DNA from: a virus
Length of the DNA: 64,000 nucleotides
Virus record (IMG/VR): IMGVR_UViG_3300046490_000164
Span: 70,170 to 134,169 of that record
Reading direction: 5' to 3' (one strand)
The notes under the pieces are model-generated. The model ran no database searches. It was not told where the DNA came from and saw only the letters and a list, made by a program, of their open reading frames with translations. Of this stretch, positions 18,849-28,812 are shown piece by piece. Each line of letters starts with the position of its first letter. Position 1 is the first letter of the stretch. Position numbers and translations under genes: made by a program.

Positions 18849-21800
18849 ATGGCTGATGCCAGCAATCTTACGCCCGACATCGCATTCGACACGTTGAAGT
18901 CGAACACGCTCGAGGCGATCAAGTCCTACTTCCCCTTCGACGGCAAGCACCGCCAGATCCATGTGGCGAACCTGCACGTTGACGACAAGCTGGACACCGA
19001 TGATGTGACCTCACAGGCGGAGGCCCGGGACAAGGAGGGCACCTGGGGCGTCCCCATCAAGGCCGACATCAAGCTGGTAGACAAGCTCACCGGCAAGACC
19101 ATAGACGAGAAGAAGGGCGCCATCATCGCCCGCCTTCCCAAGCTCACCAACCGCTACGGCTTCATCGTCGGAGGGAACGAGTACCAGGTCGACCACCTCT
19201 TCCGCCTGAAGAGCGGCATCTACGCCCGGGTCCAGGAGAACGGCGACCTGGAGAGCGAGTTCAACCTGGCCCACAGCCCGACGGGCCGCAACTTCTCCAT
19301 CAAGCTCGACGGCCAGAACAAGCGGTTCACCGTGAAGTACGGCGACGCCCACATCCCGCTCTACCCCCTGATGAAGAGCATGGGGGTCTCCGACGAACAG
19401 ATGGAGCAGCAGTGGGGCCGAGAAATCTTCTCCGCCAACCACCCCAAGACGGACGCTAAGTTCCGTGCCTCGCTCGCCTCCTTCGTGAAGCGCACGAGCG
19501 ACGCCGAGAACGTCGACACCCACAGCACCGACGAGCTGCACAAGCAGGTCCGCAACTTCTTCGACCAGACCTCCCTCCGCCCGGACACCACCAAGCTCAC
19601 ACTCGGCAAGGCCTACACCTCGGTGAACGGGGAGGTCCTGTCCCGCGCCGCCCAGAAGCTGCTGGGCGTGTCCCGCGGCACCGAGAAGCCTGACGATCGA
19701 GACAGCCTGGCCTTCAAGGAGGTCGTGTCCGTCGAGGACTTCGTCCCGGAGAAGATCCAGCGGAGCGCGAAGACCATCCGCTCCCGTCTTCGCCAGACGG
19801 TGGACAAGAAGAGCAGCGTAGGGGAGATCCTCTCCTCCGATCTCTTCAACCGCCCCATCCACGAGTTCTTCACGAAGGGTGGCTCGGTCGCAGAGCGCAG
19901 CGACCAAACCAACCCGATCCAGATGCTCTCGGCCCACCGCAAGACGACCCTCATGTCGAGGGAGTTCGGCGGCATCAAGAGCGACATGAGCATCACCCCC
20001 GACATGCGCGGGGTGAACCAGAGCCACATCGGGTTCCTCGACCCGATGCACACCCCGGAGTCCGAGAAGACCGGCATCACGCTCCACCTCTCGGCCAACG
20101 CGCGCAAGAACGGGCGCGACCTCGAGATCCCGGTCTACGACCTCGAGACCAAGAAGCCGGTGTGGGTGAAGGCCCCTGACTTCCACAACTCCATGGCCAT
20201 CCTGCCGGACCAGGTGACCTGGAAGAACGGCGTACCGACGCCCATCGCCAAGGAAGTGAAGGTGAAGGCGGTCGGTGGGGAGATCCTCGTCAAGCCGGCC
20301 GACTCCGCTCGCTACGTCATGCCGAGCGCCAAGGGGATGTGGAACTACAGCTCCAACCTCATCCCCTTCCTGCCCACCGACAACGGCAACCGGCTCATGA
20401 TGGCCGACAAGCAGATGGAGCAGGCCATCTCGCTCAAGCACCGGGAGGCCCCGCTCGTCCAGTCCAAGACGGACCACCCTACGGATCCGAGCCACACCTT
20501 CGAGAAGTTCATTGGTCACTTCGTGGCCACGAAGAGCCCGGTGTCTGGGACGATGGTGGGGTCGAAGGGCGATGCCCTCATCATCAAGGACGACGCCGGC
20601 AAGAAGCACGAGGTCCACCTCTACAACCACTTCGCGCTGAACGACCCCAAGGGGATGATGCACTCCGAGCCCCTCGTGAAGCCGGGGGACAAGGTCCGTA
20701 AGGGCCAGGTGGTGGCCGACAACAACTACACCAAGGACGGTGCGCTCGCTGTCGGCACCAACCTCCAGATCGGCTACCTGCCATACAAGGGCTACAACTT
20801 CGAGGATGGCATCGTCATCTCGGAGAGCGCGGCCCAGAAGCTCACCTCCGAGCACCTCTACAAGAAGGCGCTCGAGATCGATCCGGACCACGACCACATC
20901 TCCACAGCCAAGTTCAAGGCGTACTCCGTGGTGAAGGCGTCGCAGATGACGCCGGAGCAGTGGGGGCTCCTGGACGAGAACGGCGTGGTCAAGCCAGGGT
21001 CGAAGATCCTGCCCGGCCAGGTGCTCATCGCGGCCGTAGGCAAGAACGAGACGCGCCGCCTATCCCCTCTCGCCGGGTACGGCAAGCGAGCCTTCCAGCC
21101 CTTCAAGGACAAGTCCCTGACCTGGGACGAGGACCACGTCGGCATCGTGACCAAGGTCATCCCCATCTCGGGCGGCCGCGGCTACCGCGTCCACGTGAAG
21201 ACGGAGGAGCCGGCGGTGGTGGGCGACAAGCTCGCCGGACGCCACGGCAACAAGGGCATCATCACGCAGATCCTGCCCGACCACGAGATGCCCTTCACGA
21301 AGGACGGAGAAGAGCGCAAGCCTCTCCAGGTCCTGCTCAACCCGTCAGGCATCCCGACCCGACTCAACCCGGGCCAGATGCTCGAGACCCTTGCCGGGAA
21401 GATCGCCCAGAAGATTGGCAAGCCGTACGTCGTCAACAACTTCGGCAGCGCCGTGTCGGACTACCGCACTGGCATCGAGCACGAGCTGAAGGCGCACGGC
21501 ATCCCTGACGAGGAGATGGTCTTCGATCCCAAGGACACCCGTCGTCCTCTTGGGTCAGTGGCCGTCGGCCCCCAGTACATCCTGAAGCTGAAGCACCAGG
21601 TCGAGAAGAAGCTCACAGCTCGTGGCGGTGGGACGAGCGTGGAGGGCAAGCGCCTCTCCTCGGACATCGACCACCAACCTCCGAAGGGCTCTGGCGTCCC
21701 TGGCGGCGGGCAGGGCTTCGGCGCCCTGGAGATGTACGGCCTCCTGGGGCACAACGCTCGCCACAACATCCGGGAGATGGCGACGTACAAGTCCGATGCC

Positions 21801-24800
21801 CAGGACATCCCCTTCTGGAACATGATCCAGGAAGGGCACGAGCCGCCTCCGCCGAAGGCACCGTTCAGCTACCACAAGTTCACCGCGCTCCTGAATGGGC
21901 TTGGCGTCAACGTGACGAAGGAAGGCACCAACGTCCGCCTCATGCCGATGACGAGCAAGGAAGTCCTCCAGCTCGCAGGCAATGGGCGTAACGAGATCAC
22001 CGCCGGTGCCAAGACCATCCGCTCGAAGGACCTGAAGCCGGAGCCCGGTGGCCTCTTCGACCCCCACATCACTGGTGGCATCGACGGCAAGCAGTGGTCC
22101 TTCCTGCGGCTGGCCGAGCCTGTCCCCAACCCCATCTTCGTAGGCGCAGGCAACAAGCCCGGCCCAGTCCCAGTCCTCCTCGGCCTCAAGATGAAGGAGC
22201 TCGACGAGGTCATGCACGGGAAGCGTGAGCTCCACAGCAAGACGGGAGGGGCAGCGATCGAGGAGGCCCTGAAGAAGGTGGACGTCGACAGCTCCATCGA
22301 GGCGCTCCGCAAGGACCTCCCCACGCTCACCGGTTCCGCCCTCGACCGCTCCAACAAGAAGCTGAAGTACCTCCAGGCGCTGAAGAGCGTCGGCATGAAG
22401 CCAAGCGACGCCTATATCCTCAAGTACCTGCCGGTCCTCCCACCCACCTTCCGCCCGGCCACGACGACGCCGACTGGGGACGTGAACTACGCCCCACTGA
22501 ACGGCCTCTACAAGAACATCTCCCTCATCAACGACGAGCTGAAGAACTTCGACTACAAGACCTTCAGCGCCGAGCACGCCCACCCGCTCCGCACCCAGCT
22601 CTGGGACGCCATGAAGGCGCTCCAGTCGGTCGGAGACTACCGCCCGGTCTACGACACTGACTCGAGCGGAAACCGTGCCCTGAAGGGCATCCTCGACACC
22701 ATCGGTGGTGGTGAGGGCGAGCAGCCGAAGGAGGGCTACTTCCAGGCGAAGCTCGTGAAGCGTCGCCAGAACCTCTCCATCCGCTCCACCGTCGTCCCGG
22801 AGCCGGCTCTCGGCATCGACCAGGTCGGCATCCCCAAGGGTGCGGCCATGGAGATGTACAAGCCCTTCGTGGTGGCCCAGCTCCACAAGTGGGGCCTCGA
22901 CCCGCTCTCCGCCCAGAAGGAGATGCAGAAGAACACCCCTCTCTCCCACAAGGCACTGCAAGCCGTGGTGGACGAGCGCCCCATTCTCCTGAAGCGCGAC
23001 CCCGTGCTGCACAAGTTCGGCATCATGGCGTTCAAGCCGAAGCTCGTCGAGGGCAAGGCCATCCAGATCCACCCGCTCGTGTGCGGCGGCTTCAACGCCG
23101 ACTTCGACGGTGACACCATGGCCGGCACCATCCCGATGTCGCGTGAGGCGGTGGAGGAGGCGAAGAAGCTGCTGCCCTCCAACAACCTCTTCAGCCCCAC
23201 GACCGGTGGCGTCATGTACGTCCCTGGTCACGAGTCCCTGCTCGGTCTTCACCTCCTCTCGCAGTGGGGCAAGGACACGGGCAAGACGTTCAAGAGCGTT
23301 GGCGACCTCGAGAAGGCTGTTGAGAGGGATGGCCACGTCGGCATGAACGACGTGGTGCATGTCGGTGGGTTCAAGAAGCCCACGACGCTCGGCCGCATCA
23401 TGATCGAGGCTCGCCTACCTCGAGGCTTCGCAGGACGTGAGCAGCTCCTCCACGATCCGAAGTACGAGATCACCAAGAAGACGCTCAAGGGTGATATCGC
23501 TACCAAGGTCGCCAAGGAGCACACCAAGGACTTCTCGAAGACCATCGACGCACTCAAGGATCTGGGCAACGATCAGTCCTTCCAGTACGGCTTCTCGGTC
23601 GGCCTGAAGGACTTCAAGACGCTCCCGGAGCGCGACAAGATCGTGGCCGACGCCCAGGCCAAGGTGAAGAAGATCAAGGCCCAGAACATGGGGGAGGATC
23701 ACGAGCGCGACGACATCATCAAGGTGTGGACGGATGCCACCACCAAGATCGATGAGGCGCAGAAGAACCTGGTCGGCAAGGGCAACCGCTTGGCCCGCAT
23801 GGTCCTCGCCGGCGCTCGAGGGGAGCCAGAGCAGCTACGACAGATGCTGGCAGCCCCGATCCTCGTCGAGGACTCGTCTGGCCGCACGCTTGTCACGCCA
23901 CTCACCAGGTCCTACGCAGAGGGCTTCGACGTCGGTGACTTCTGGATCGCCCAGCATGGCGCTCGCAAGGGCATCATCCAGAAGAACCGCGGCACCGCAG
24001 AGCCTGGTGCCATCTCGAAGGACATCATCAACGCCTCCATGTCGACTCTCATCGTCGACCAGGACTGCAAGACGCAGCAGGGTGTCCTCCTCGGCCTGAA
24101 CGACAAGGACATCCACGACCGCTTCCTCGCCACGGCCTACAAGACGAAGGACGGTCACAGCATCCCCGCCGGCACCCTCATCGACCCGGGTGTCCTCTCG
24201 CGCCTCAAGAACTCCAAGCACGAGCGGGTTCTGGTTCGCAGCCCGATGAAGTGTGCCCACGGGTCCGGCATCTGTGCGAAGTGCTACGGCCTCAACGAGG
24301 CCGGAGTGCTGCACGACGTCGGCACCAACATCGGCGTGCTCGCCAGCCAGGCCATGGGTGAGCCGTCCACGCAGCTCTCCATGAAGGCCTTCCACTCCGG
24401 TGGCGTGGCACAGGGGGCCGGCGCGAAGTCCCTTGATGCCATCACCAGGTTCCGCAACCTGCTCGAGATGCCGAAGAAGCTGAAGGACGAGGCCATCCTC
24501 GCACTGGAGACTGGACGCATCACCGACATCAAGAAGGACGCAGTCGGTGGTCACGACGTCTTCATCAACGGCGTGCGTCACTGGGTACCGACCCACCTCA
24601 TCGACCCGAACGTGAAGGTCGGGAACGAGGTCCGCAAGGGACAGATGCTGTCTGGTGGCTACGTCAACCCGCACCGGATGCTCGAGGCCACCAAGGACAT
24701 CCACGCGGTGCAGAACTTCCTGACCGACGAGCTCCACGGCGGGCTGTTCGGGGACTTCGGGGTGCGCAAGAGGAACGTCGAGGTGGCTGTACGCTCCATG

Positions 24801-25136
24801 ACGAACCTCACCAAGGTCACCGACCCGGGCTCGAGCGACTGGGCCCACGGCGACATCGTTCCTCGGTCCATCGTGGAAGAGCACAACCGCTCGAGCCATG
24901 CAGGGCACAAGCCTGTGTTGCACCAGCCCATCCTCCGTGGCACTGGCGAGATCCCGCTCGTCGGAACGCAGGACTGGATGCAGCGGCTGAACTATCAGCG
25001 CCTGCACGATACCGTCCAGCAGGCTGCCTCGATGGGCCATCGCTCCGACATCCACAGCGCCAACCCCATCCCGGCGATGGCGCACGGTGCCGAGTTCGGT
25101 CGCCCGTCCCCTGGTAAGCCCAAGCACGTGTACTAG
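18849..25136 (+). CDS. Single-polypeptide multisubunit-type DNA-dependent RNA polymerase: beta-like N-terminal half fused to beta-prime-like C-terminal half
   Basis: 2095 aa. Beta motifs: EFFTKGG...NPIQMLSAHRKTTL...GFLDPMHTPESEKTGITLHL (compare CPIETPEGPNIGLI); GYNFEDGIVISE; LAGRHGNKGIITQILPDHEMPF...LNPSGIPTRLNPGQMLETLAGK; C-terminal GQGFGALEMYGLLGHNA...KSD. Beta-prime motifs: KPEPGGLFDPHITG; YLPVLPPTFRP; absolute NADFDGD at about 23094-23114; C-terminal AHGSGICAKCYG. Confidence 0.85.
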   Translation: MADASNLTPDIAFDTLKSNTLEAIKSYFPFDGKHRQIHVANLHVDDKLDTDDVTSQAEARDKEGTWGVPIKADIKLVDKLTGKTIDEKKGAIIARLPKLTNRYGFIVGGNEYQVDHLFRLKSGIYARVQENGDLESEFNLAHSPTGRNFSIKLDGQNKRFTVKYGDAHIPLYPLMKSMGVSDEQMEQQWGREIFSANHPKTDAKFRASLASFVKRTSDAENVDTHSTDELHKQVRNFFDQTSLRPDTTKLTLGKAYTSVNGEVLSRAAQKLLGVSRGTEKPDDRDSLAFKEVVSVEDFVPEKIQRSAKTIRSRLRQTVDKKSSVGEILSSDLFNRPIHEFFTKGGSVAERSDQTNPIQMLSAHRKTTLMSREFGGIKSDMSITPDMRGVNQSHIGFLDPMHTPESEKTGITLHLSANARKNGRDLEIPVYDLETKKPVWVKAPDFHNSMAILPDQVTWKNGVPTPIAKEVKVKAVGGEILVKPADSARYVMPSAKGMWNYSSNLIPFLPTDNGNRLMMADKQMEQAISLKHREAPLVQSKTDHPTDPSHTFEKFIGHFVATKSPVSGTMVGSKGDALIIKDDAGKKHEVHLYNHFALNDPKGMMHSEPLVKPGDKVRKGQVVADNNYTKDGALAVGTNLQIGYLPYKGYNFEDGIVISESAAQKLTSEHLYKKALEIDPDHDHISTAKFKAYSVVKASQMTPEQWGLLDENGVVKPGSKILPGQVLIAAVGKNETRRLSPLAGYGKRAFQPFKDKSLTWDEDHVGIVTKVIPISGGRGYRVHVKTEEPAVVGDKLAGRHGNKGIITQILPDHEMPFTKDGEERKPLQVLLNPSGIPTRLNPGQMLETLAGKIAQKIGKPYVVNNFGSAVSDYRTGIEHELKAHGIPDEEMVFDPKDTRRPLGSVAVGPQYILKLKHQVEKKLTARGGGTSVEGKRLSSDIDHQPPKGSGVPGGGQGFGALEMYGLLGHNARHNIREMATYKSDAQDIPFWNMIQEGHEPPPPKAPFSYHKFTALLNGLGVNVTKEGTNVRLMPMTSKEVLQLAGNGRNEITAGAKTIRSKDLKPEPGGLFDPHITGGIDGKQWSFLRLAEPVPNPIFVGAGNKPGPVPVLLGLKMKELDEVMHGKRELHSKTGGAAIEEALKKVDVDSSIEALRKDLPTLTGSALDRSNKKLKYLQALKSVGMKPSDAYILKYLPVLPPTFRPATTTPTGDVNYAPLNGLYKNISLINDELKNFDYKTFSAEHAHPLRTQLWDAMKALQSVGDYRPVYDTDSSGNRALKGILDTIGGGEGEQPKEGYFQAKLVKRRQNLSIRSTVVPEPALGIDQVGIPKGAAMEMYKPFVVAQLHKWGLDPLSAQKEMQKNTPLSHKALQAVVDERPILLKRDPVLHKFGIMAFKPKLVEGKAIQIHPLVCGGFNADFDGDTMAGTIPMSREAVEEAKKLLPSNNLFSPTTGGVMYVPGHESLLGLHLLSQWGKDTGKTFKSVGDLEKAVERDGHVGMNDVVHVGGFKKPTTLGRIMIEARLPRGFAGREQLLHDPKYEITKKTLKGDIATKVAKEHTKDFSKTIDALKDLGNDQSFQYGFSVGLKDFKTLPERDKIVADAQAKVKKIKAQNMGEDHERDDIIKVWTDATTKIDEAQKNLVGKGNRLARMVLAGARGEPEQLRQMLAAPILVEDSSGRTLVTPLTRSYAEGFDVGDFWIAQHGARKGIIQKNRGTAEPGAISKDIINASMSTLIVDQDCKTQQGVLLGLNDKDIHDRFLATAYKTKDGHSIPAGTLIDPGVLSRLKNSKHERVLVRSPMKCAHGSGICAKCYGLNEAGVLHDVGTNIGVLASQAMGEPSTQLSMKAFHSGGVAQGAGAKSLDAITRFRNLLEMPKKLKDEAILALETGRITDIKKDAVGGHDVFINGVRHWVPTHLIDPNVKVGNEVRKGQMLSGGYVNPHRMLEATKDIHAVQNFLTDELHGGLFGDFGVRKRNVEVAVRSMTNLTKVTDPGSSDWAHGDIVPRSIVEEHNRSSHAGHKPVLHQPILRGTGEIPLVGTQDWMQRLNYQRLHDTVQQAASMGHRSDIHSANPIPAMAHGAEFGRPSPGKPKHVY

Positions 25137-25139
25137 CCC

Positions 25140-26225
25140 ATGTCCCTCATCAAGAACGGCTTCGGCCCAGTCGTCATCCAGAGGGCTCGCGTCCTCGATG
25201 TGGACATCCGTGCCTACACCGTCTCGGTCGTCACCGAGTACACGACAAAGCCGCTCTCCGGCATCTCCTTCGCCACCCCGTACCAGCACTTCGCCAACGG
25301 GGAGGGCATCTACTTCATGCCGGAGGTCGGCTCTGTCTGTTGGCTCTGCGAGCCCTCCGACGGCAGCATGCCCTTCGTCCTGGCGTGGGCGCCGGCGCAG
25401 GATGAGGGGGATTTCAGGGCGCTGAAGGTGTCCCTCAACCCCGGAGACATCTACCTCGGCACTCGAGACGAGAACGCCATCATCCTTCGCCGCGGCGGCA
25501 TCCTCCAGATCTCGTCGACTCCGCTGTGCCAGCGCATCTTCATGCCCATCAACAACACCATCAAGGACTTCTGCGAGAACTACGGGATGTACTCGTTGGC
25601 CGGGGACATGGAGTGGGCAGTCACCATCCTCCCTGAGTCACAGGACGGGAAGCGCCCAGCCCATTTCCTCCTGAAGTCGAAGGAGTTTGCGAACGACCCC
25701 AACCCGATAGCTGAGCTTGAAATCGGTTCCCATGGAGAGGGCGCGGATACTATCCTCTCCATGATCGTTCGTGAGTCTGGTGCGGCTGGGGCGAACACAC
25801 AGATCGCTCTCTCTTTCGACAAGACAGGCAACGTGCAGTGGGATGTGGAGAAGGACGTGCAGTGGGACGTAGCAGGTGAGTTCAACCTGAACGTAGCCAA
25901 GGACATGAAGCTGCACTCCGACACGAACGCCACACTCGAAGGCATGGAGCAAGCCACAGTGTCTGGAGGGCTGGTCAACGTGGAGTCGATCTCGGGAGCC
26001 ATCAACCTTCAAGCAGCCACCGGCGTCGCTGTCACCTGCGGCAGCGGTGGCCCGGCACTGAAGGTAGGCCTCGGCACCAGCCCCACCCTCCTGGCCACCC
26101 CAGCGGTCCTTGCCTGGCTCAGCGCACACGTACACACCAGCGCAGCGCCCGGTGTCGTCACCTCTCCCCCAGTCGTACCCTTCCCTGCGGCACTCGCCCA
26201 GGCGAAGGACATCATGTCGTCCTAG
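25140..26225 (+). CDS. Virion protein, possibly a baseplate spike/hub (gpV/VgrG-like OB-fold followed by a beta-rich C-terminus)
   Basis: 361 aa. N-terminal OB-like segment GIYFMPEVGSVCWLCEPSDGSMPFVLAWAP. The C-terminal repetitive beta-strand region is rich in Gly/Ser/Thr/Val. The family call is uncertain. Confidence 0.45.
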   Translation: MSLIKNGFGPVVIQRARVLDVDIRAYTVSVVTEYTTKPLSGISFATPYQHFANGEGIYFMPEVGSVCWLCEPSDGSMPFVLAWAPAQDEGDFRALKVSLNPGDIYLGTRDENAIILRRGGILQISSTPLCQRIFMPINNTIKDFCENYGMYSLAGDMEWAVTILPESQDGKRPAHFLLKSKEFANDPNPIAELEIGSHGEGADTILSMIVRESGAAGANTQIALSFDKTGNVQWDVEKDVQWDVAGEFNLNVAKDMKLHSDTNATLEGMEQATVSGGLVNVESISGAINLQAATGVAVTCGSGGPALKVGLGTSPTLLATPAVLAWLSAHVHTSAAPGVVTSPPVVPFPAALAQAKDIMSS

Positions 26226-28396
26226 TGAGGAGCCACATGTCCCTGTACCTCGACAGCCTTCCCGAGCGCGATGACGAGTTCAAGAAGGAAGCCGCCTACG
26301 CCGCCAGGCTGGGGGAGGAAGTGGAGAACTGGCCGCAGGAGCTCTCGAGCGAGCTCTTGAAGCAGCTCCCGTTCCTCTCCGACTACGAGCTCAACGTCAA
26401 CCTCGACCGCGTCGACACGCAGCGTGGCTTCGCCTTCGGCTACGCCGACCTGGCGAACAAGACCGAGCGCCCAGAGGCAGAGCACGACGAGCATGGGATG
26501 CCGCACATCCGCGTCCCCATCGTGGTGCAGGAGAAGTCGGTCAAGCCCTTCTCGATGTACCTGGACGGCGATGCCGTGCTGCCCCTCACCGAGGAGCGCG
26601 TGCGGGAGGCCCTCTTCAACCCCGGCACCTTCGACATCTCCCAGACCCTGCCCCGGGACCCCAGCCTGGTCGAGCCGCTCATGCCCCCGACACGTACGGG
26701 TGCTGGCTATGGCGGCGAGTACAAGATGGCCTCTGCGCGCCCAGACCTGCTGCGCGCCATCGCCCCTACCATCTCCGAGAAGGACGCCTCCAGCTTCATC
26801 CAGAAGCTCTCCTCCGATGCCACTCTCCGAGTCGGCTTCAAGCGCGCCGGCGTGGTAGACGACCTCATCGAGGTCTTCGACAAGACCAAGAGGGCCAGCG
26901 CCGAAGAGCGCCTTGCCTTCGTGGCCGAGAGCATTCAGCCCACCGTCGTCACCCTCCACAAGCTGCCGGGCGGAGACTTCCTGGTGAAGTCGGCCAGCGT
27001 GAACGCTCTCAACCCCCAGGATATGCAGGGGCAGGCTGTGCCGGCCGAGGAGACCGGCATCGATCCCGCCGCGGCGCAGTCCATGGTGCCAGGGCAGACC
27101 GTCACCAGCGTCACCGAGCCCATCGAGCTCGAGGAGCCCTTCGAGTCGAAGCTGAAGCCGGTGGAGGAGTTCGGGCAGTACACCGTCGTCGACACCATGG
27201 GCAACAAGCTCACCGGCTGGGTCTTCCCTGTGACCCTGGCTTGGGACGGCGCCTTCTCGAAGCAGCCCATCGCCGTCTTCTCGAACGGCTCTGCCTACGC
27301 CATGCAGGACAGCATCGTGGGCGAGCTCATCGGCAAGAGCACGGCGCTCCCGAAGGAAGACCAGCCGGTCGGTGAGGGCGTCTTCTTCACCACCCTGGGC
27401 GCCAACGCCATCTGCACCGCCCCCATCACCGTGCGCTCCACCATGGCGGGCCCAGACGGCTTGCCGAAGATCCTGGCCTTCGATGCCTTCGGCCAGCAGC
27501 TCTCCGTCTCCTTCGTGGACGGGCTGTCCTCACCGCAGCGCGTCAGCGACATGGAGTACGCCTTCCCCAAGACTTGGAACTTCATGCGCCTGAACGGGCA
27601 GACCCAGCTCCAGGGCGGCGGCCAGGACATGAGCGGCGAAGAGGGTATGGAGGAGGGCATGGGCGGCATGTCGGACGCCCCCAAGTCCGCGAAGCCCAAG
27701 GCGAAGGGTGGGGACAAGAAGTCGGACAAGAAGCCGGCCAAGAAGGACGACAAGGGCGGCGAGAAGAAGGAGAAGTCCGAGAAGCCCACCGTCCAGGTCA
27801 ACGTCGGAGAGCAGGTCAAGAAGGAGAAGACCTCCGCGGTCCTCTTCTTCAACGGCGGCTACAACATCCAGGGTGGGTGCGGCCTCGACAAGCTGGCGGC
27901 TGAGTACCGCTACGACATGAGCCCGGTGGATGCCGAGTTCATGCTGGGCCTCCTGGGCGTGGATGGCATCACCGCCAAGCAGAAGGTGGCGGAGTGCCGG
28001 CGCAAGGGGTCAGTCAAGCTGGCAGGCCTCAAGACCATCACCCTCCTGGGAGAGCGCTACAGCGAGTCGGTGAAGACGGCCAGCGCCATCCTCGCCAAGC
28101 TCCCCAACCTGCGCCGTGACCTCACCAAGGAGGCCGCGGTCCTGGAGGACAAGGACACCGTCAACAACCTCCTCGCCCTCAACTTCATCAACCCGGAGAA
28201 CCTGAGCGAGTTCGTCAGCTACATCCCAGAGCTCGAGGAGACTAGCGAGCGCCTGGCCGAGATGCTGCTGTACAACTACCTCGGCATGAATGAGTTGCCC
28301 GAGGGTGCCATCGCTCGTTCCATGAAGGGGCTGGAAGACGTCCTCGTCGGTCTGAAGAACCTGTCTGAGACAGGGGGCGCATCCGAGGAGGAGTGA
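26225..28396 (+). CDS. Hypothetical large virion-block protein with a Lys/Glu/Asp-rich low-complexity insert
   Basis: 723 aa. Insert KSAKPKAKGGDKKSDKKPAKKDDKGGEKKEKSEKP. Confidence 0.5.
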   Translation: MRSHMSLYLDSLPERDDEFKKEAAYAARLGEEVENWPQELSSELLKQLPFLSDYELNVNLDRVDTQRGFAFGYADLANKTERPEAEHDEHGMPHIRVPIVVQEKSVKPFSMYLDGDAVLPLTEERVREALFNPGTFDISQTLPRDPSLVEPLMPPTRTGAGYGGEYKMASARPDLLRAIAPTISEKDASSFIQKLSSDATLRVGFKRAGVVDDLIEVFDKTKRASAEERLAFVAESIQPTVVTLHKLPGGDFLVKSASVNALNPQDMQGQAVPAEETGIDPAAAQSMVPGQTVTSVTEPIELEEPFESKLKPVEEFGQYTVVDTMGNKLTGWVFPVTLAWDGAFSKQPIAVFSNGSAYAMQDSIVGELIGKSTALPKEDQPVGEGVFFTTLGANAICTAPITVRSTMAGPDGLPKILAFDAFGQQLSVSFVDGLSSPQRVSDMEYAFPKTWNFMRLNGQTQLQGGGQDMSGEEGMEEGMGGMSDAPKSAKPKAKGGDKKSDKKPAKKDDKGGEKKEKSEKPTVQVNVGEQVKKEKTSAVLFFNGGYNIQGGCGLDKLAAEYRYDMSPVDAEFMLGLLGVDGITAKQKVAECRRKGSVKLAGLKTITLLGERYSESVKTASAILAKLPNLRRDLTKEAAVLEDKDTVNNLLALNFINPENLSEFVSYIPELEETSERLAEMLLYNYLGMNELPEGAIARSMKGLEDVLVGLKNLSETGGASEEE

Positions 28397-28803
28397 TGGT
28401 ATCACTCCCCCAGGAGCTGGTGGTCGGTCATCCAGTCATCGACCACCAGCACCGCGAGATCTACCGACGCACCGACGAGCTTCTCGATTCCTCGTTTCTC
28501 GAGAGGGACCTCGAGAAGCTCCCTGCCTTTGCCGACTACCTGATGGACTATGTGGATGTCCACTTCAGGGACGAAGAGATGTTCATGGGGAGGCTTGACT
28601 TCCCCGGCCTGGTCCCCCACCAACACGCCCATGCCGCCTTTCGGCTCAAGGTGGTCCGTCTGCGATCTACCCTTGATTCCGAGGGCCTAGGTGCGGCAGC
28701 CTATGCCGATGTGTGCCGGGTGGTGACGGACTGGTTCGAAGGGCACATCAACACGCTGGATCGTGAGTTCGCCAAGTTCGTGCGGGCACACCACGGGAAG
28801 TGA
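28393..28803 (+). CDS. Hemerythrin-like metal-binding protein
   Basis: 136 aa. His ligand pattern VIDHQHREIYRRTDELL...HFRDEEMFM...HQHAHAAF...HINTLDREF matches the hemerythrin/HHE cation-binding signature (H..H...E...H...H...H..D). Confidence 0.6.
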   Translation: MMVSLPQELVVGHPVIDHQHREIYRRTDELLDSSFLERDLEKLPAFADYLMDYVDVHFRDEEMFMGRLDFPGLVPHQHAHAAFRLKVVRLRSTLDSEGLGAAAYADVCRVVTDWFEGHINTLDREFAKFVRAHHGK

Positions 28804-28812
28804 GCACTACGG

